In this document: positions 11,061 through 24,850 of the stretch, one piece after another | Layout: each line of letters starts with the position of its first letter | Position numbering within the stretch: position 1 is the first letter of the stretch | Assembly: GCF_009834535.1 (NCBI RefSeq) | Contig: NC_045696.1 | Location: 45,448,001 to 45,512,000, forward strand | DNA: 64,000 bases | Direction: 5' to 3' | Origin: Camelus ferus | Taxonomy: Eukaryota | The notes under the pieces: model-generated | Databases searched by the model: none | Seen by the model: the letters and a program-made list of their open reading frames with translations, nothing else | Told to the model about the DNA's origin: nothing | Translations under genes and position numbers: made by a program

Positions 11061-14000
11061 ACTGTGAAACTTGAGCATCACAAAATGAGCAGCCAGGTCA
11101 GTTAGATCTCTCTTCCTTGGAACTGTTCTTAACCATCTGAGCAGCAGGAATTTACCTCCTTAGTGGAATAATTAGAGATAGCATAGGTTTTCCTAGTCTA
11201 CAAGTATTTTTCCTGATTATTCCATTCCATTCTGCCCTATTATTACTGTCCGTACCATACTTGCATTCTTCTAATTACAAAAAACAAAAAAACCCCCCAA
11301 AAAAAAACCTCAACTTTTTAATAGTTTTAAAGAATCTTTTATTCTCTCGGAGCACTTTAATTTTTAAAGCATAACTAAATTTTGGCAGAAGTCTTTAAAA
11401 AATACATCCTGTATTTAATTGTCTTCATAGTGAAGACGCTTTGAACATGGTTTGAGCCTTCAACCACGATGCCGGGTCACTGCCGTGAGCATCACTTACC
11501 CTGCTGTATCCTAACAAGGTGCTATGTTATTACTCTAGAGCCCCAAAGGCCCCGGCTGCCACTATGGTCAGTACTTCAGATGCTTCAAGTTCAAGTTGTT
11601 TTTTTCCCTATCTACTTCTTTGCCCTCATGCTGTTAGTGTATTTCCTGATTTGAGTCTTATGTCAATTTTAACAGAGCAAAGACCTGGTATTTGCCAAGA
11701 AAATCTGACTTTCTTAATTTATCACATGCTAGATCCCATTTCTCTCTTTGAAGTGCCTGGGCATTGTGAAAGACATTTTCTTGTTCCCAGGTGTGATTGT
11801 TTTTTGTTTTATTTTGTTTTTTTCCTCTTTTGTACTTATTTATTTGAGCTTAAGTAGTGAGTAGCACTATCCTTGTGCATAGAATGGAGAGGGTTACTAT
11901 GTGCATTAGGTAACTTAAAAAGCACTGAAAAGCCCATTACTCTCTACCAAATTCGATTCCTCAATAGTTTCCTTACACACCTATCAAAGGGCCAGAAATT
12001 ATAACATTAGAATGCTGTTTTAAGACTTTTAGGTTTAATATGGCAAAAACATTTCATCACACATAGTAATTCTAAAAAATTTAAATGATTAAGAGCTGGG
12101 CATTCAGATAGGTGTCTCTGAAACAAAAATATTACACTTTATTGTACTTTTGTTCCTGTTGTCAGGTAAAAGAATTTGAAATGGGAAAAATGATCACTGG
12201 GTACTTTACAATGGAATCTTGAACATTTATCGAAAGGAACTCTCTGGGATTATCTGATTTTATAAAGATATGTGCCTTTCATTGTCTTTGACTAACTCAA
12301 GGTAATCTGTGGCAAGATAATGGTAAATGAAAATGATTCCTGTTCATAGAAAAGCAAATAAATTTTGGATGACAGCGATGAAACTGATTTCTAGCCTATT
12401 GAAGACCCTAGTTTTGTAACCATTAGCAAATTTATCTCAGCATTCCTCAATATTCTTTGATACTCTTATGAACTGTTTTTTACATCACATGGATTTCCTA
12501 AATAATGAATGAGATAAAAATTAGTTAAATAAAATCTTTAATGTGTATCTATTTTATATTTTATGACTCATAATTTGACCTTTTAAAAAGTTATCCTTTA
12601 ATAACTTCACTTAACCTATCTGAAGTGGCCTCTTCTTTCCTGTTTCTTCAATTGTCATTTATTCTTTTGCACTGAGCTCAACTGTACATCCTCTTAATGA
12701 AATTTTTCCTGATTTAGGAGTGTGCTTGGTACATGGTCCTTACCTACAGATCACAGTGGCCTTTGGGCAACCGTATTGAACAAAATAGCTCTATGAACTA
12801 CGGAGAGCAAGCCTGGGAGTCTGCCTCTGCTCCTGTCCTCCCCTGTGTCTCAGGCCTGTCTCCCTAGCCTGCGGCTGGGCCTCCTGCTGTCTTGGGTCAC
12901 CACCTACATTCTGGGACCTCAGCTGTTGGCAGCTGTCAATGGTAGAATCTGCCAAGTGGTAGAATCTCAGTTGGAGAATCAGCAGGTAAACGAGCCACTT
13001 TGCTCTGGCCGCCTGTCTCAGTTGAGATGGCTAAGCTCACTGGGAAGAGAGAAGAGAATACCAGGATCTGGGGCAGAGGGTCAATCAGATTCCAGCTGTC
13101 TCCTCACACTCCCCAACAGGCCGCTCCCCTCAGGCTGGACTCTCTCGGTCTGCAGAACACATCCAGGTGACTGCAGCTGCCCCTAAAGATGTCCCACCAC
13201 CAATGATGCTCCCCACCAAGCAAATGCAACAGGGCAGGGGGAAGGGGAAGCAGCAAAAGTGTTTTCTCTTTTTCAACAACGGCTTGTACACTAGCCTCTG
13301 CTTTTCCTCTAGACCCACAAAGCCTTATATACTTATTCACCTTTCATAGAAAAAAAAAATTGCTGACTCTTGTTACAAATTATTAAGTTTAAATTTATGA
13401 TTTATCTTATTGTATCCTAAATATCTGCAGAATGGAGCTCCAAGGAGTTACGCATGGTCATGTGAAAAGGCACATTTTTAAATAAATGTTAACTGTAAAT
13501 ATTCAGCTACATCCAATGTGCTTGGTAAGGAATAATTCTTATTGTCTAAATTATCACTGTTTTCACACAATTTTAAGAATTTTCAGGAGAGTTTGTTTAG
13601 TTGTTTGGAGCATGATACCAGGGGAAGCTGAGCCAGAGAAAAAGAGAGAGAGGAAGATCGATTATATATATATATATGAAAGGTAGCTTTGTGTGGGTAA
13701 AAATTCTGTGTCCCAAAAGATTATACATACTTCAGCCTCCTTCCAGTCTATATGGACAAGGCTTGTTGTCTGCAAAGCAAGAAGTGTGTATGGTTCAGAG
13801 CTTCCCATCACTGCTGCCATCTTCAAGTACAAAGGACTGAGCAAATTAGCAAAACTCTAATTTTACCCACCATGAAAGCTTCTTACAGTTTACATAAAAT
13901 AAACTCCAGATATTTCTGTTCATCTAGAAATAAAAAGAATCTGTATGAACTCAGGACACATTTTTCAACCCTGTATACCACAGAAGACTTCCCATTGAGC

Positions 14001-14559
14001 TCATAGTCCTTTAGGAAAAGAGACAACAGACAAAAAGCAAACCAACAAACATGTTGTGAAACGATAAAGATGGACATTTAGCAGGAGAGCTAGAAGCACA
14101 GTTCCTAATACACCATTATCATCCATAGCATTTCATGTAGACTTCACCTTTCCTTTTCTGTGTATATGGGTGGAAGGGAAATTAAGCAAAATTGAAAAAA
14201 CAAACTTTCTCTTTACTGTTTTTAAGAATGCACTTGGAAAAGTAAAGCAAAAAAAAAAAAATCATCTAAAAAATGGGATTAAATTTGAGAATGCCAGTCT
14301 TATCTGGAGGGGACAAGAAGTGGGAGTGTTGATATTGACCTGACCATCCTTCTTGAGCTGTGGCTGGTATCAACGTTCAGTGTCTTTGAAAAGAAGAACC
14401 AGATCTCTTGAGGGGGAAAAGGACTATATCAAACTTAAAATACATTTCACCATGTTTGTTTGATTTCATTTCACACTGAGCCACAAACAAATGGACAAGT
14501 GGGCTGGGATGTGAAAGCAAGCTGAGATTATTTCAAAGCAAGGTCCAGCAGGAGAGCAC

Positions 14560-14800
14560 AAAGAAGGGAAATCAACATTCGTTGAGGACCTATCATATGC
14601 TGGAATCAGTGCTGGCCATCTTATATTCAAATGGCATTTAATAATCACAGTAATTCTACAAGATATATTTTATAATTTCTATTTGAGAAGAGGGAAAGTG
14701 TAAGTCATAAATGATTTACCCAAGGTCACATACCCAGTCCATCAGCCGTGGGGCTGGAATTCAAACCCAGGTCTGTATGGCTGCAAAGCTGATGGCCTTT
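14560..14800 (-). mobile_element. MIR SINE
   Basis: atgatttacccaaggtcacatacccagt...ggaattcaaacccaggtctg core. Confidence 0.65.
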
Positions 14801-16199
14801 AGGACATCGTGGCATGCCACAAGAGCATCCAGATAGACCTCAATAAATTTATATGACTTCCTTTAATACTGCAGAATCATAGATGGCAATTTATAGTAAG
14901 ATAACCATTAGGGATTTTTTTTGCCTAATTTACTTTTCCCGTGTCTATTGGAAATAATATTCTTTCTACTCCAGAAATCTGAAAGAATTCTTGGCTGCTC
15001 CTGGGAGTCCAAGTAAGGTTTAGTTGAACACACTTATTTTGATCTTTCCAGGATTAATACAAATTACTCATCCTGAAAGATCAATAAGTACTGGCTTTCT
15101 TTGCAGTCTCCTGGTCTGTGTCTTATGATGAGCTGATGTGATATGTCAGCACAGAACAATGAAAATAATGTGAAGTGGCATCAGGGACTCATGAGTGATA
15201 GTCAGGTAACTAGCCAATTATGGAAAGATTTTTCTTCCTAGAAGTCAGGGAAAGAGATGTCACCTTACATGCCAGAAGAAAACACCATGTTTTTCCTGAA
15301 AGGAAGTCACCCTAACAAAGCATTATTGAGCCACAGACATCAGTTAAAAGCCTCATACATAGATCTAATACAATGTTCCTTGTCCTCTTCGTTTCAGGGA
15401 AAAGGACCTAAATACACCCCCCAAATCACAGTGCTGATAGAATTATGTATTCACACAGACTCTCCTGTTCTAAAGTTTTAGTCAGAATGTCAACAAATGT
15501 GACTCCTAGTGTCTTCTGGAAGAAACCATCACTTCTTCATAGACAAAGAGCACCTTTTCAATCACTTAAGTTTGCAAAGAGTATGTTTTTCCTGAAGGAA
15601 AATCTCATTCTTTTCTTCTCCTTCTCCAGGCTACATCCATGGCATGGCACACTCATTAAAACTGTCAATAAATACCTATACTCAGATTCAAAGGCAGTAT
15701 GATCTTTATAGTATACATAACATTTAAAGGGGATAATGTGCTTCTTTCCCATAATCAATTAATATCTATTAATATCTAGTATCTACTTAGTTCTACTGAC
15801 ATCTCTAGCACTTTTCTTATTCAACCTATCCGATGACAGAAAAATAACAAGCTAATTTCATTTTCCATCCTTGACTAGTTTTATTTGTCACTTATTTCTG
15901 CCTTCATTCATTGAAAACATGACTACTAGGCCCCAGATATGTGCCAATCACTGTTTTAGTCCCTGGAAACTGAAACAAAATGAAGCCCTGCATGCCAGGA
16001 TCCCACACTTGAACTAGAGACAGACACACAGACAATTACAAAGCACTGTGGAGGCACTCCACAAACCAATGACAGGCACCACAACTAGTTTTTCCAGAGG
16101 AGGTAACATACTGAATTTTGCTTAAATTAATGCTTAAATTTTTTATCCGGAAGTGAATTTCAATACATAGGGATTTCTAAGACCAGTTTTTTTTTTTTT

Positions 16200-16418
16200 A
16201 ACCTCAGTTATTTATGGTGTGGTAAAGGACTAATGTTTTTGTTTGTTTACCTGCTCTGTTTATACAAATCTACTATGTGTTTCCGGTTTCATAAAATACA
16301 ATAAAATGTCACATAAATGTCAAATTGCTACAACAATTTATGTGCTTATCTCATCAGGATTGGTAACCAACAGTTTTCTGACCAGCACTAGCCCACAGAT
16401 CCAAATTTGAGTGCCACA
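16200..16418 (-). mobile_element. Short hAT-Charlie-type element (related to the 1520-2525 terminus)
   Basis: tgtcaaattgctac...cttatctcatcaggattggtaaccaacagtt...agatccaaatttgagtgccacag resembles 2430-2525. Confidence 0.55.
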
Positions 16419-17017
16419 GACTTAGCTTACCAGGCTCAGGAATATAAATCACAATACTTGGCTTTATTTCAGTGGTACCTAGATGACAAACTGAAGAATT
16501 TCCAGGGCTGTACCCTGCACTCCCATAAATAATATTATCTAATAATTCCATAGCTTTTGCTGAGACAGGTGCCCTACACAAGCTCTTAGGCAGGAATACT
16601 CTTGTCTCCACTTCACACATAAAGATACTGAGATCACATATCTAGGAGGTGTCAGAAGTGGGATACAAACCCTGAGAGTCCAGTTCTGAGTACCGAGCTA
16701 AACACAGGGTGAGGACATGGTCCCTGCCTTTTTGAGACAGGGTTCTTTTCTTCACGCGAGAAGTCTAATACTCCCTGATAGCTACAGAACGCGTGCGTTC
16801 CCATGAATGCGTGAGCAGTGGGCTCGGTAAGTGAAAAGGACAACGTCACAATAGTGAGTAGTTTTCTAAAACAAAAGATTTACTCTTAAATTCTGCTGAT
16901 TTTCTGCTGAAAATCATTAAAATCAGATGCAGTCAGTTTCCTTCTCCAGGTATGTTCCTGAGTTGTGGGAGTGTAGCGCCCTCCTGGACACTGGAGAAGA
17001 GGCAAAATTCTTCCGTC

Positions 17018-17426
17018 TGTGAAACTTCTATGTGTCAACTTGGTGAGGCAGCAGCACCCAGTTATTTAATCAAACACTGCTCTAGATGTTGGTGTGGAGG
17101 TATTTTATAAATGTGTTTAATGTCTACAACTGATTGACTCGAAGTAAAGGAGATTACTTTCAGTAACGTGGGTGGGACTCATCCAATCAGCTGAAAGGCC
17201 CTGAGAGCAAAACTGAAGCATCCCTGAAGAAAAAATTCTTCTTCAAGACAGCATCATTAGGTCCTGCCCAAGAGTTTCCAGCCTACCAGCCTGACCTACA
17301 GATTCTGGAATTGGCAGTCATCACAAATACATAAGCCAACTCCTCAGAATAAATATTTTTATACATTTATATAAATTTATATAAGTACTACTGTGTCTGT
17401 TTTTCTGGAGAATCCTAACAGATACA
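17018..17426 (+). mobile_element. ERVL solo LTR (MLT2D-like)
   Basis: tgtg...atgtgtcaacttgg, gtgggtgggactcatccaatcagctgaaaggcc, ctggagaatcctaacagataca; TSD ccgtc/ccctc. Confidence 0.9.
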
Positions 17427-19664
17427 CCCTCTCACCTGGTTATAATTCAAATTATTTAATTTTTATTAAACACTCTAAAGATATCCATTTGAAAGTCTTC
17501 TATGTATATTTGTTAGAAAGTTCAGCTTGAAACTTTCCCTATTATGTATGTATTTTAAAATTATTTTACTTTATTTTTTTACCTTTTAACTTTTATTTTA
17601 TTATTAATGATGAAACTTTCTTGCAAAGTCCGGAACAAAACATAGGATATATCATATGCTTGACATTCAGTTCTACATTGTAATCTATGCTGACAGTTTT
17701 GAAATATTCAATCTGCTCATTAATATTTTCATTTGGATAGTAAATAGAACCAATATGTCTGTATCGCTAAAGTTGGATTACCGTCTCTTAATTTGGTACC
17801 TCAATTTCCTCTGTGTAATAGGAATAAAACTTGTCAACTTTCTGCCTTAGATGAATACGTATCTTAAAATATTCAATGTATTTAGAATGAAGCCATACCT
17901 AGACAGAAACTGCACTATTTTGGTTCAAATAGCTACTAATCCTTTTTAAAATCTGGTACACACACAAAAAAGGCAAATATAGTCAATTATTTAAGCACTG
18001 TTGTAATTTATAATTTGTTAAGGGATTAAAACCCAAATCTTGATTGTTTATAAAGTAAATTTTTCTGACACTTTAGGTTTTACATTTTAAGGAAAACTTC
18101 ACGAGAAATCACTTATAAAAAGAATACCACTTCTTTATTTAACTTTAAAAAGCCAGCCACTGGCCAGACACTAGTCTTGGTAGGTACACTTCTGAATGTT
18201 CCCTCTGGAAAAATGTATTATCAGGCACCTTCCAAGGAAGGGACAGAAAGCTATTTGTGGATTATTAAAAGTACTTTTGTCAAAGGAATATTTGATTTTT
18301 AGTAAAACAGATTCATTCCAACAGTTAAAAAGAAGCAACTTTATTACTCTAATGCAATGCATTCACTATTTCAAGACTCTTGCGCTGATTTTCCAGGACC
18401 CATCCCCTTTTTTATGTGGTTTTGATTATTGCGCTGGCGTCAGCGGAGCTGAATGATTAATCATACCCAGAAGCAGCTCCAGAGGGTACTAGCTACACAA
18501 AACACCTGGTGTGTTAACTACCAGCCGATCAGCCACACAACAGCTGATGACAGCAGACAGGGGTCCAAAACAAAAGCATGCCCCTCACTTGCTTATTTAT
18601 AAAGTGACTCAAGGCACATACACTGCCTTGAAAAGGTTCAGTTTGGAGCTGCCCTGAAAAGGCACTAGATATTCAGTGGCTCTTCCCAAACACCTGACAG
18701 TGGCATGTGCACTAGTTCCCTGACTGTAGGGCAGGGGCACACTAGAAGATAAACCTAAAATGGAAAGGATTCAAAACTGGATGCAAGAAAAATCCATACA
18801 TCTATTGATTAATAGTATTGGATGAAAAAAAGATTTGTTTGTTAGAGTGGCTAATGCATATGTGAACAACTACAAAATGTTGAGTTTTGACATCTTTTGA
18901 AGATAGTTTCTTCTTGTCTTCTTACATATTTCCCGGGGCCGTTGCTCTTATGAGTTTATTTCGGAAAGTCCCCATAGTGGAGTAGAAGCAAACAGAAAGT
19001 CCAGACTTCCACATATCTTTTTATTACCGCTGACTCCAGACTTCTTCAGATAGTGGCAGATAAAGTTCAAAACAGTAATTTCCCCCAGCAAATAGGAATT
19101 AGAAGTCTAGAGAGTTAATAGGGCTTTTTTCATCTCAACCCAACTCTGTGATCTAATTTCAGATAGCAGGAAACATGCCAACTTTAGTGGCTAATTAGAG
19201 TTATTCATTGGAAATTATTTGTAGCCAACCTTTAATCTCTTACAGCAAAGTGCACTGACAATGCTGGCAGCATGAGCCCTGGCAGCATGAATGTTGGAAA
19301 GGTTCTCAGGAAAGGGTGCAAGAAAAAATGGTTGCATTTTGATTATGCAATTTGCTTGGCTGAAAAATTTCACAGACTACACGGATGCTAATTTTGACTA
19401 AATTTAGCCACAGTTCACGTTTTTCCACTTGGATGATGAAAGCCTTCTTTTGTGGGGGAGGGAGTTTTAGTAGGGAGTGTCCTCTCACTTATCTTGAAAC
19501 TGGAGGATGATTCTGGAGCAGACTAGCACTTGCACTGTTAATTCAAATTTTATTGGATTTATTGAATTCAGATTGCTTTAGGATTAAATTAAGAACCTCA
19601 TCTTTTGTTGACAAAATTAGGTTCATTTGGGGTTTAGTGCTCTTATAACAAAAGAAAACCCACC

Positions 19665-19800
19665 CTAAGGTAAACTCCATGAAGTCAGGAAGTTTTGTCT
19701 GTTTGGTTCACTGCTGTATCCCCAGAGCCCAAAGCAGGATCTGGCATATAAGTAGACACTCACTGTGTACTTATTAAGTGAATAGTTGAATGAATGCATG
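19665..19800 (+). mobile_element. L2 3' end
   Basis: gtaaactccatgaagtcagg...ttcactgctgtatcccc...tggcatataagtagacactca...gttgaatgaatg. Confidence 0.8.
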
Positions 19801-21289
19801 AGGCATAGTTTCAAGCGAAGGAGAGGATGCCACTGTACTGAGATAGCTGGCAAGCCTAAATACTTGGATTCACAGACGCTCACCCTACCAATGCCAGGAA
19901 CATTTGGATCTCAACCACACCCTGTGTTCCATCCTTTCCTCCTCCTTGCTCTTACTTCCACTACTTTAATAAAAAGTTTCATTTGAACTTTTTACAAGTG
20001 GGGAGGTTTGGCAGAGCTAATGAATGACTTTCATACCATACTGACTCTAGGGCAAGAAAGCTTACTTTTTCCCACAATATCACTGCCTAAAGGCAGGATT
20101 TTTTAAAATAAAGAGCAGCTTTAAATCCTGCAGGAAATCAGTTACATCCTAAAGGGACCCTTAAAAAACCAACAATAACAAAAACAAGAGCAAATAATAT
20201 ACAGTCAGCAAATTTTGTCTTTAGCACTCCACGCTTCAGCTTCCTTCCTTTTTTTATACTTCCCTGTGTTCCCTGCACAAAGGCATCCACTTCCTTCATT
20301 TCACCCTCCTCCCCAAGGAAAAGATCTCATAACTCATTCACTTGGAATTATAAATAAGACCTTATCTATTACTATTCAGAGCTACTATAATCTTTAATCA
20401 AAGGAATCCACTTCTAATTGGAGAAGTATTTTCTAGAGAAGAGGGCAACTCAGAAGCTCTAAAATTCTAAAATCCTAATTCCTGTTATTCATTCCTATAA
20501 TATTAAAGAATATTAGTTAGCAACAAAGAGCTTATGGTCTAGTAGTAGAAGCAAATGTGTAAAACCAGTCATTAATTTCTGTGACTACCACTAACAATGT
20601 GGGATATACAATGTGGCTATTTAAAAGGGGGTGATCAGTGAGTCTGGTACTCTGGAAAAAAATCAGTATTTTTCGTTGACTCAGAATCAGTCTTTTCCAT
20701 TGTTACACAGTATCAATAATTTTAAAAGTTTATCTTCTTGTTGAGCTGAAGACTTCTTCCATGTGTTTTACACATTTGCCAAGTACTCCTCCATGGAGTA
20801 GAAAAAACTCATAATTCTTCTGATGTTTTACGGTGAGTACAGAGAGGATTTTTTTTTTTTCTTTAAGGACTGGCTATTTCCTAAACATTGAAACAGGCCA
20901 TTCCCTTGTCTATTTTTAACTACTGTCTGTCCTACTAGAAGCCATGAACCTCCCAGCATTTGTTCTAATACACGAAGTCTCTGTCTAAGATCTATCTGAG
21001 ATGGTAGCAGCTGGTAAGAGGAAATGGATTTGCCTCTAATAAGTAATGGGCTATCATTCTCTTCGTAGGACCTCTGCTCCACTTCAACATTAGATGTGAG
21101 GTAGAATATCAGATCAGGAGCTGGAGATGAGTAATTTTAAGCACAGAGTTCCTTTTAGGATAAAGACCCAGGCTGCTGTTTGTGGCATTTCACTCTCTGC
21201 TTGTAGCCACAGCAATCTATCCCTGCATTGAGCTGGGATCTCTGACAGGAAGGCATAACACCAAGCAGGCTCCTGAACTGTTCTTACAA

Positions 21290-21930
21290 ATTCTAGTGGA
21301 AAATTCACCATAAATGCCAAACATAACAGGACTTTAACAACCCTGAAATTCTCCTGAGAAATCCAGATAAGAAATAAATGAGCAGTAGAGATTTAAAACA
21401 ATGATAATACAGAATGTTAATGAGAAGATGCATGTTTACATGCTCCTGGTGGATACAGCCTTCTAAGAGGTGTTCTGGAAAAATATCAAAAGTCTGAAAA
21501 TATGCACATGCTGTGATCCAGCAAAGCTGGAATATAACTGGGAATGTATGCAAAACTTTCCCTTATAAGCATATTTAAAGCAGCATAAGTTATAAAAGGA
21601 GAATACTGGGGCCATTAAATATTTGACCGTAGAAGATTGCTTAAATTAATCAGTTTATCTGTATGAAGGAATACCAGGAGTCATTGAAAATCATGCTGTA
21701 TAATACTTAATGACATGGGAAAATAACTCATTATTAAATATTAAGGGAAAAAAGCAGGTCATAAAAATTACGTACTGTGATAGGATTTAAATTATATGAA
21801 GTATATATATGTACATGGAAATAGTTCAACATACTGATGTACATCAATATTGAATATTTTATTCTTTAAGTATAGGGATTAGAGCATAATGTTTTACTTT
21901 CTTAGCTGTACTTTTCAAGAGGTTTCATAT
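21290..21930 (+). mobile_element. Old L1 (L1ME-like) 3' fragment
   Basis: Degenerate ORF2-end/3'UTR motifs (tgctgtgatccagcaa, ggaataccaggagtcattgaaaatcatg, atgacatgggaaaat). Confidence 0.55.
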
Positions 21931-22889
21931 TTCCTATTAGGACGCACCATAGAGAGCTGCCTTTATTTAACTGTATGTGATCTGCAAATGACCATATAAT
22001 TAATATGAGGTTTTTTCCTAATAAAAATTTATATTGGTTTGTTAAAAAAAAATGATCTTCTCAACACACAGGCTGAAATACTGATCTCCCAGCGTTTATG
22101 TGGGTTGCAGTAACAAGATGTCAGGCTTGTGCTTCTATTTCCCAGCACCATCTCTTTTTAGTGCAGGTACAGAGAAATGACCATTTTCTAAGTATGCTGT
22201 CAACTAAAACAGTTTGGTAAACACTGGTAGATCACAGAGACATTTTCATACTTTTCAATTTTTTTGCTGGGGGTGGGGATGATTTGGTAAACAGCAGGAG
22301 ACTTTTTAGTATTGTTTCTGGGAAGTGGCTCAAATTTAGGAATTCTGTTCCTCAAGGAATCTGTGACACCAAAAAGATTGGTTTACCCGGTTCTCAAAAG
22401 AATTTTCCAGCTCCTACCATTAAAAGGGAGAGCTGGGCTCATAAAACAAGATTGAAATATGCAGCTCTTTCTCCGCACATCCACCCATCCATCTAACTTC
22501 ACTTTCACTTGCAAAGCCTCTCACCGCACTAGCAATCGCTGAAAGCCTAACCGCAGAGCGCTTGAGCCAAGTTGTGGGACTGTGGCACTCAGGTGTGCAA
22601 GGCTCTAGGACTTGTAATAAAGTGATCATGACCCTGCTGAGGCACTGAATTGGATCATGTGACTCTTTAAGACTTCAAGGAGGTAACATACCAAATGGCA
22701 TGGCTCAAAAAGGGCATAGCTTACTAGGCTAATTTACTTTCCTTTTACTGGATAACTGGTGCAGCTGGTAGGTTTTGAGCAAACAGCTAAACTTAGATTT
22801 GTGGTCAATAGACAGACATACTATGCTTAAAGTCTTGGCTGTGAGTCCAGAATCACACTTGGAATAAGTTGTCTAAATTTCAACGACAC

Positions 22890-23220
22890 AGAGAATTGGG
22901 CAACTGTCCACAGATACTTAGAACAGAGTTAGAAGAATCCTTGAGGTCTTCTAATCCAACTGTCTACCCAATGAAGAAATCTCCACTAAAGCATACTTGA
23001 TGGATGGTATAAGTCAGTCTCTGTTTGAGCGGACAGAAAGTTTACTACTCCATGAGTCATCATCTTCCATAGTTAGAATCAGAAAAGGAATCCTTTATCG
23101 GGAGCTGGTATTGGCCTTGCAATTGGTTTTGAAATGGTCCTAATACTGTCATCTAAAGCAGAAAAAGTCTATCTACTTCTCTTCTTATGTGACAGACTTT
23201 CAAATACTTGATGAAAACAA
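22890..23220 (-). mobile_element. CR1/L3-like LINE 3' fragment
   Basis: agagttagaagaatccttgaggtcttctaatccaac...agtcagtctctgtttga pattern. Confidence 0.45.
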
Positions 23221-23334
23221 CACCATGGTTAAATTTAATAAACAACAGAAATAGAAAATCTTGAGAAACAGAGTAAATGCTGGCAGAAACATATCTACAT
23301 TAAGTATACAAAAAGAATATATTTGTTTTTGAAA

Positions 23335-24850
23335 AACAAACTTTAATTTTTAGATCAGTTTTAGATTTATGGAATAATTAAGACAGTACATAGTGTTCCT
23401 ATATACCCTCATGTATTACATACCCAGTTTCCTCTATTATTAACACCTTATATTAGTATAATTCATTTGTTACAATTAATGAAGAGTATTGATACATTAT
23501 TATTAACTAAAGTCTATACTTTATTCAGATTTCCTAAGTTTTTATCTAAATATTATTTTCTCTTCCAGAATCTCATCCAGGATACCACATTACATTTAAT
23601 TTCCAAGTCCCCTTAGGCTCCTCTTGACTGGAGAGTTTTTCAATTCTCTTGAATTTGATGTCCTTGACAGTTTTGAGGGGTATTGGTCAGATTTTCTATA
23701 GAATGCCTTTCTACTGGGATTTGTCTGATGTTTTTTCTCATGTTTAGACTGGGGTTATAGGTTTTTGGGAGAGAGGTCTCAGAAGTAACATTTTCATCAC
23801 ATCATATCAAAGGTACACACTATCAATTAGATACCAGCTGTTGTTATTAATCTTGATCATCTAGCTGAGGCAGTGTTTGTCACATTTGTCCACTTTTGTA
23901 AAGTTACTCATTTCCCCCCCTTTCCATACTGTACTCTCCGAAAGGAAGTCACTGTGTGCAGTCTGCTTAAAAAGTGGACAGTTATAATTCACCTCCTATA
24001 GGGCAGACTATCTAAATAACTTATTTGAAATTCTTTTCAATGAGAGCTTTGTCTCTTCTCCACCATTTATTCATTTGTTCAATCATATATTTATATCAGC
24101 ATGGATCATGAATATTTATTTTGTATTTTAGGTAATAATTCAACACTACTTTATTAATTTTGTTGCTCAAATTGTTCTGATTTTGGCCACTGCAAACACT
24201 TTCCGTTGGCTCTTATGCCCCAGTTAATGTACCCTAATCAGGGTAGACTGGTTTATGTGTTGTTGTTTGTTGAGTACCTCTTTACTTTTTTGGACTATAA
24301 AATGCTCCAGGATTATCTTGTATATTTAAATCCCCAGTCCTAAAATCAGACATTTCATAACATTTCTCCAAGGAATCTGTTTTTTTGGGTTTTGTTTTTA
24401 AGTTGGGATCATATTTAGAAATCAAGATCTGGGTGCCAGGTGTGCTTGTTTCTACTGGGATCGTGTTAATTTTAGGTCCTTTTTGCTGGCAGAGAAAGGA
24501 ATTACATATATGTGTGAATACGATCCCATGTATATACATATATCTATAAACATTGTTATATGTAACCATTATGTATCTATATTAAACTAAACATGAGTTC
24601 ATACTGATGTCTCTAGCTTTAACTCACCACCACATGGATCATTTCAGCCTTCTGCACCTGTCCATCTGTAAACTGCCTCTTCAGCAGTGAGAAATACAGC
24701 TCCCATCACCCACCATCTACTAACTTATTCAGTTCCAATATACATGCAAAGCAGTACTAGAATTGTTACCCTTTACCCCTAGGGTAAACAACTTTATCAA
24801 CTACAGTACAGTGCTTATGTGCAGTTATGCCTTTAGATTTGCAGATATAA
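23335..24850 (-). mobile_element. L1 (L1MC3/4-like) 3'UTR
   Basis: ttttagatcagttttagattt, ttgatacattattattaactaaagtc, atccaggataccacattacattta, gggatttgtctgatgttttttctcatgtttagactggggtta. Confidence 0.85.

Noticed and set aside
15287..15600. 14-bp direct repeat ATGTTTTTCCTGAA about 295 bp apart
   Set aside because: No convincing extended homology or element between the copies; compatible with chance in AT-rich DNA
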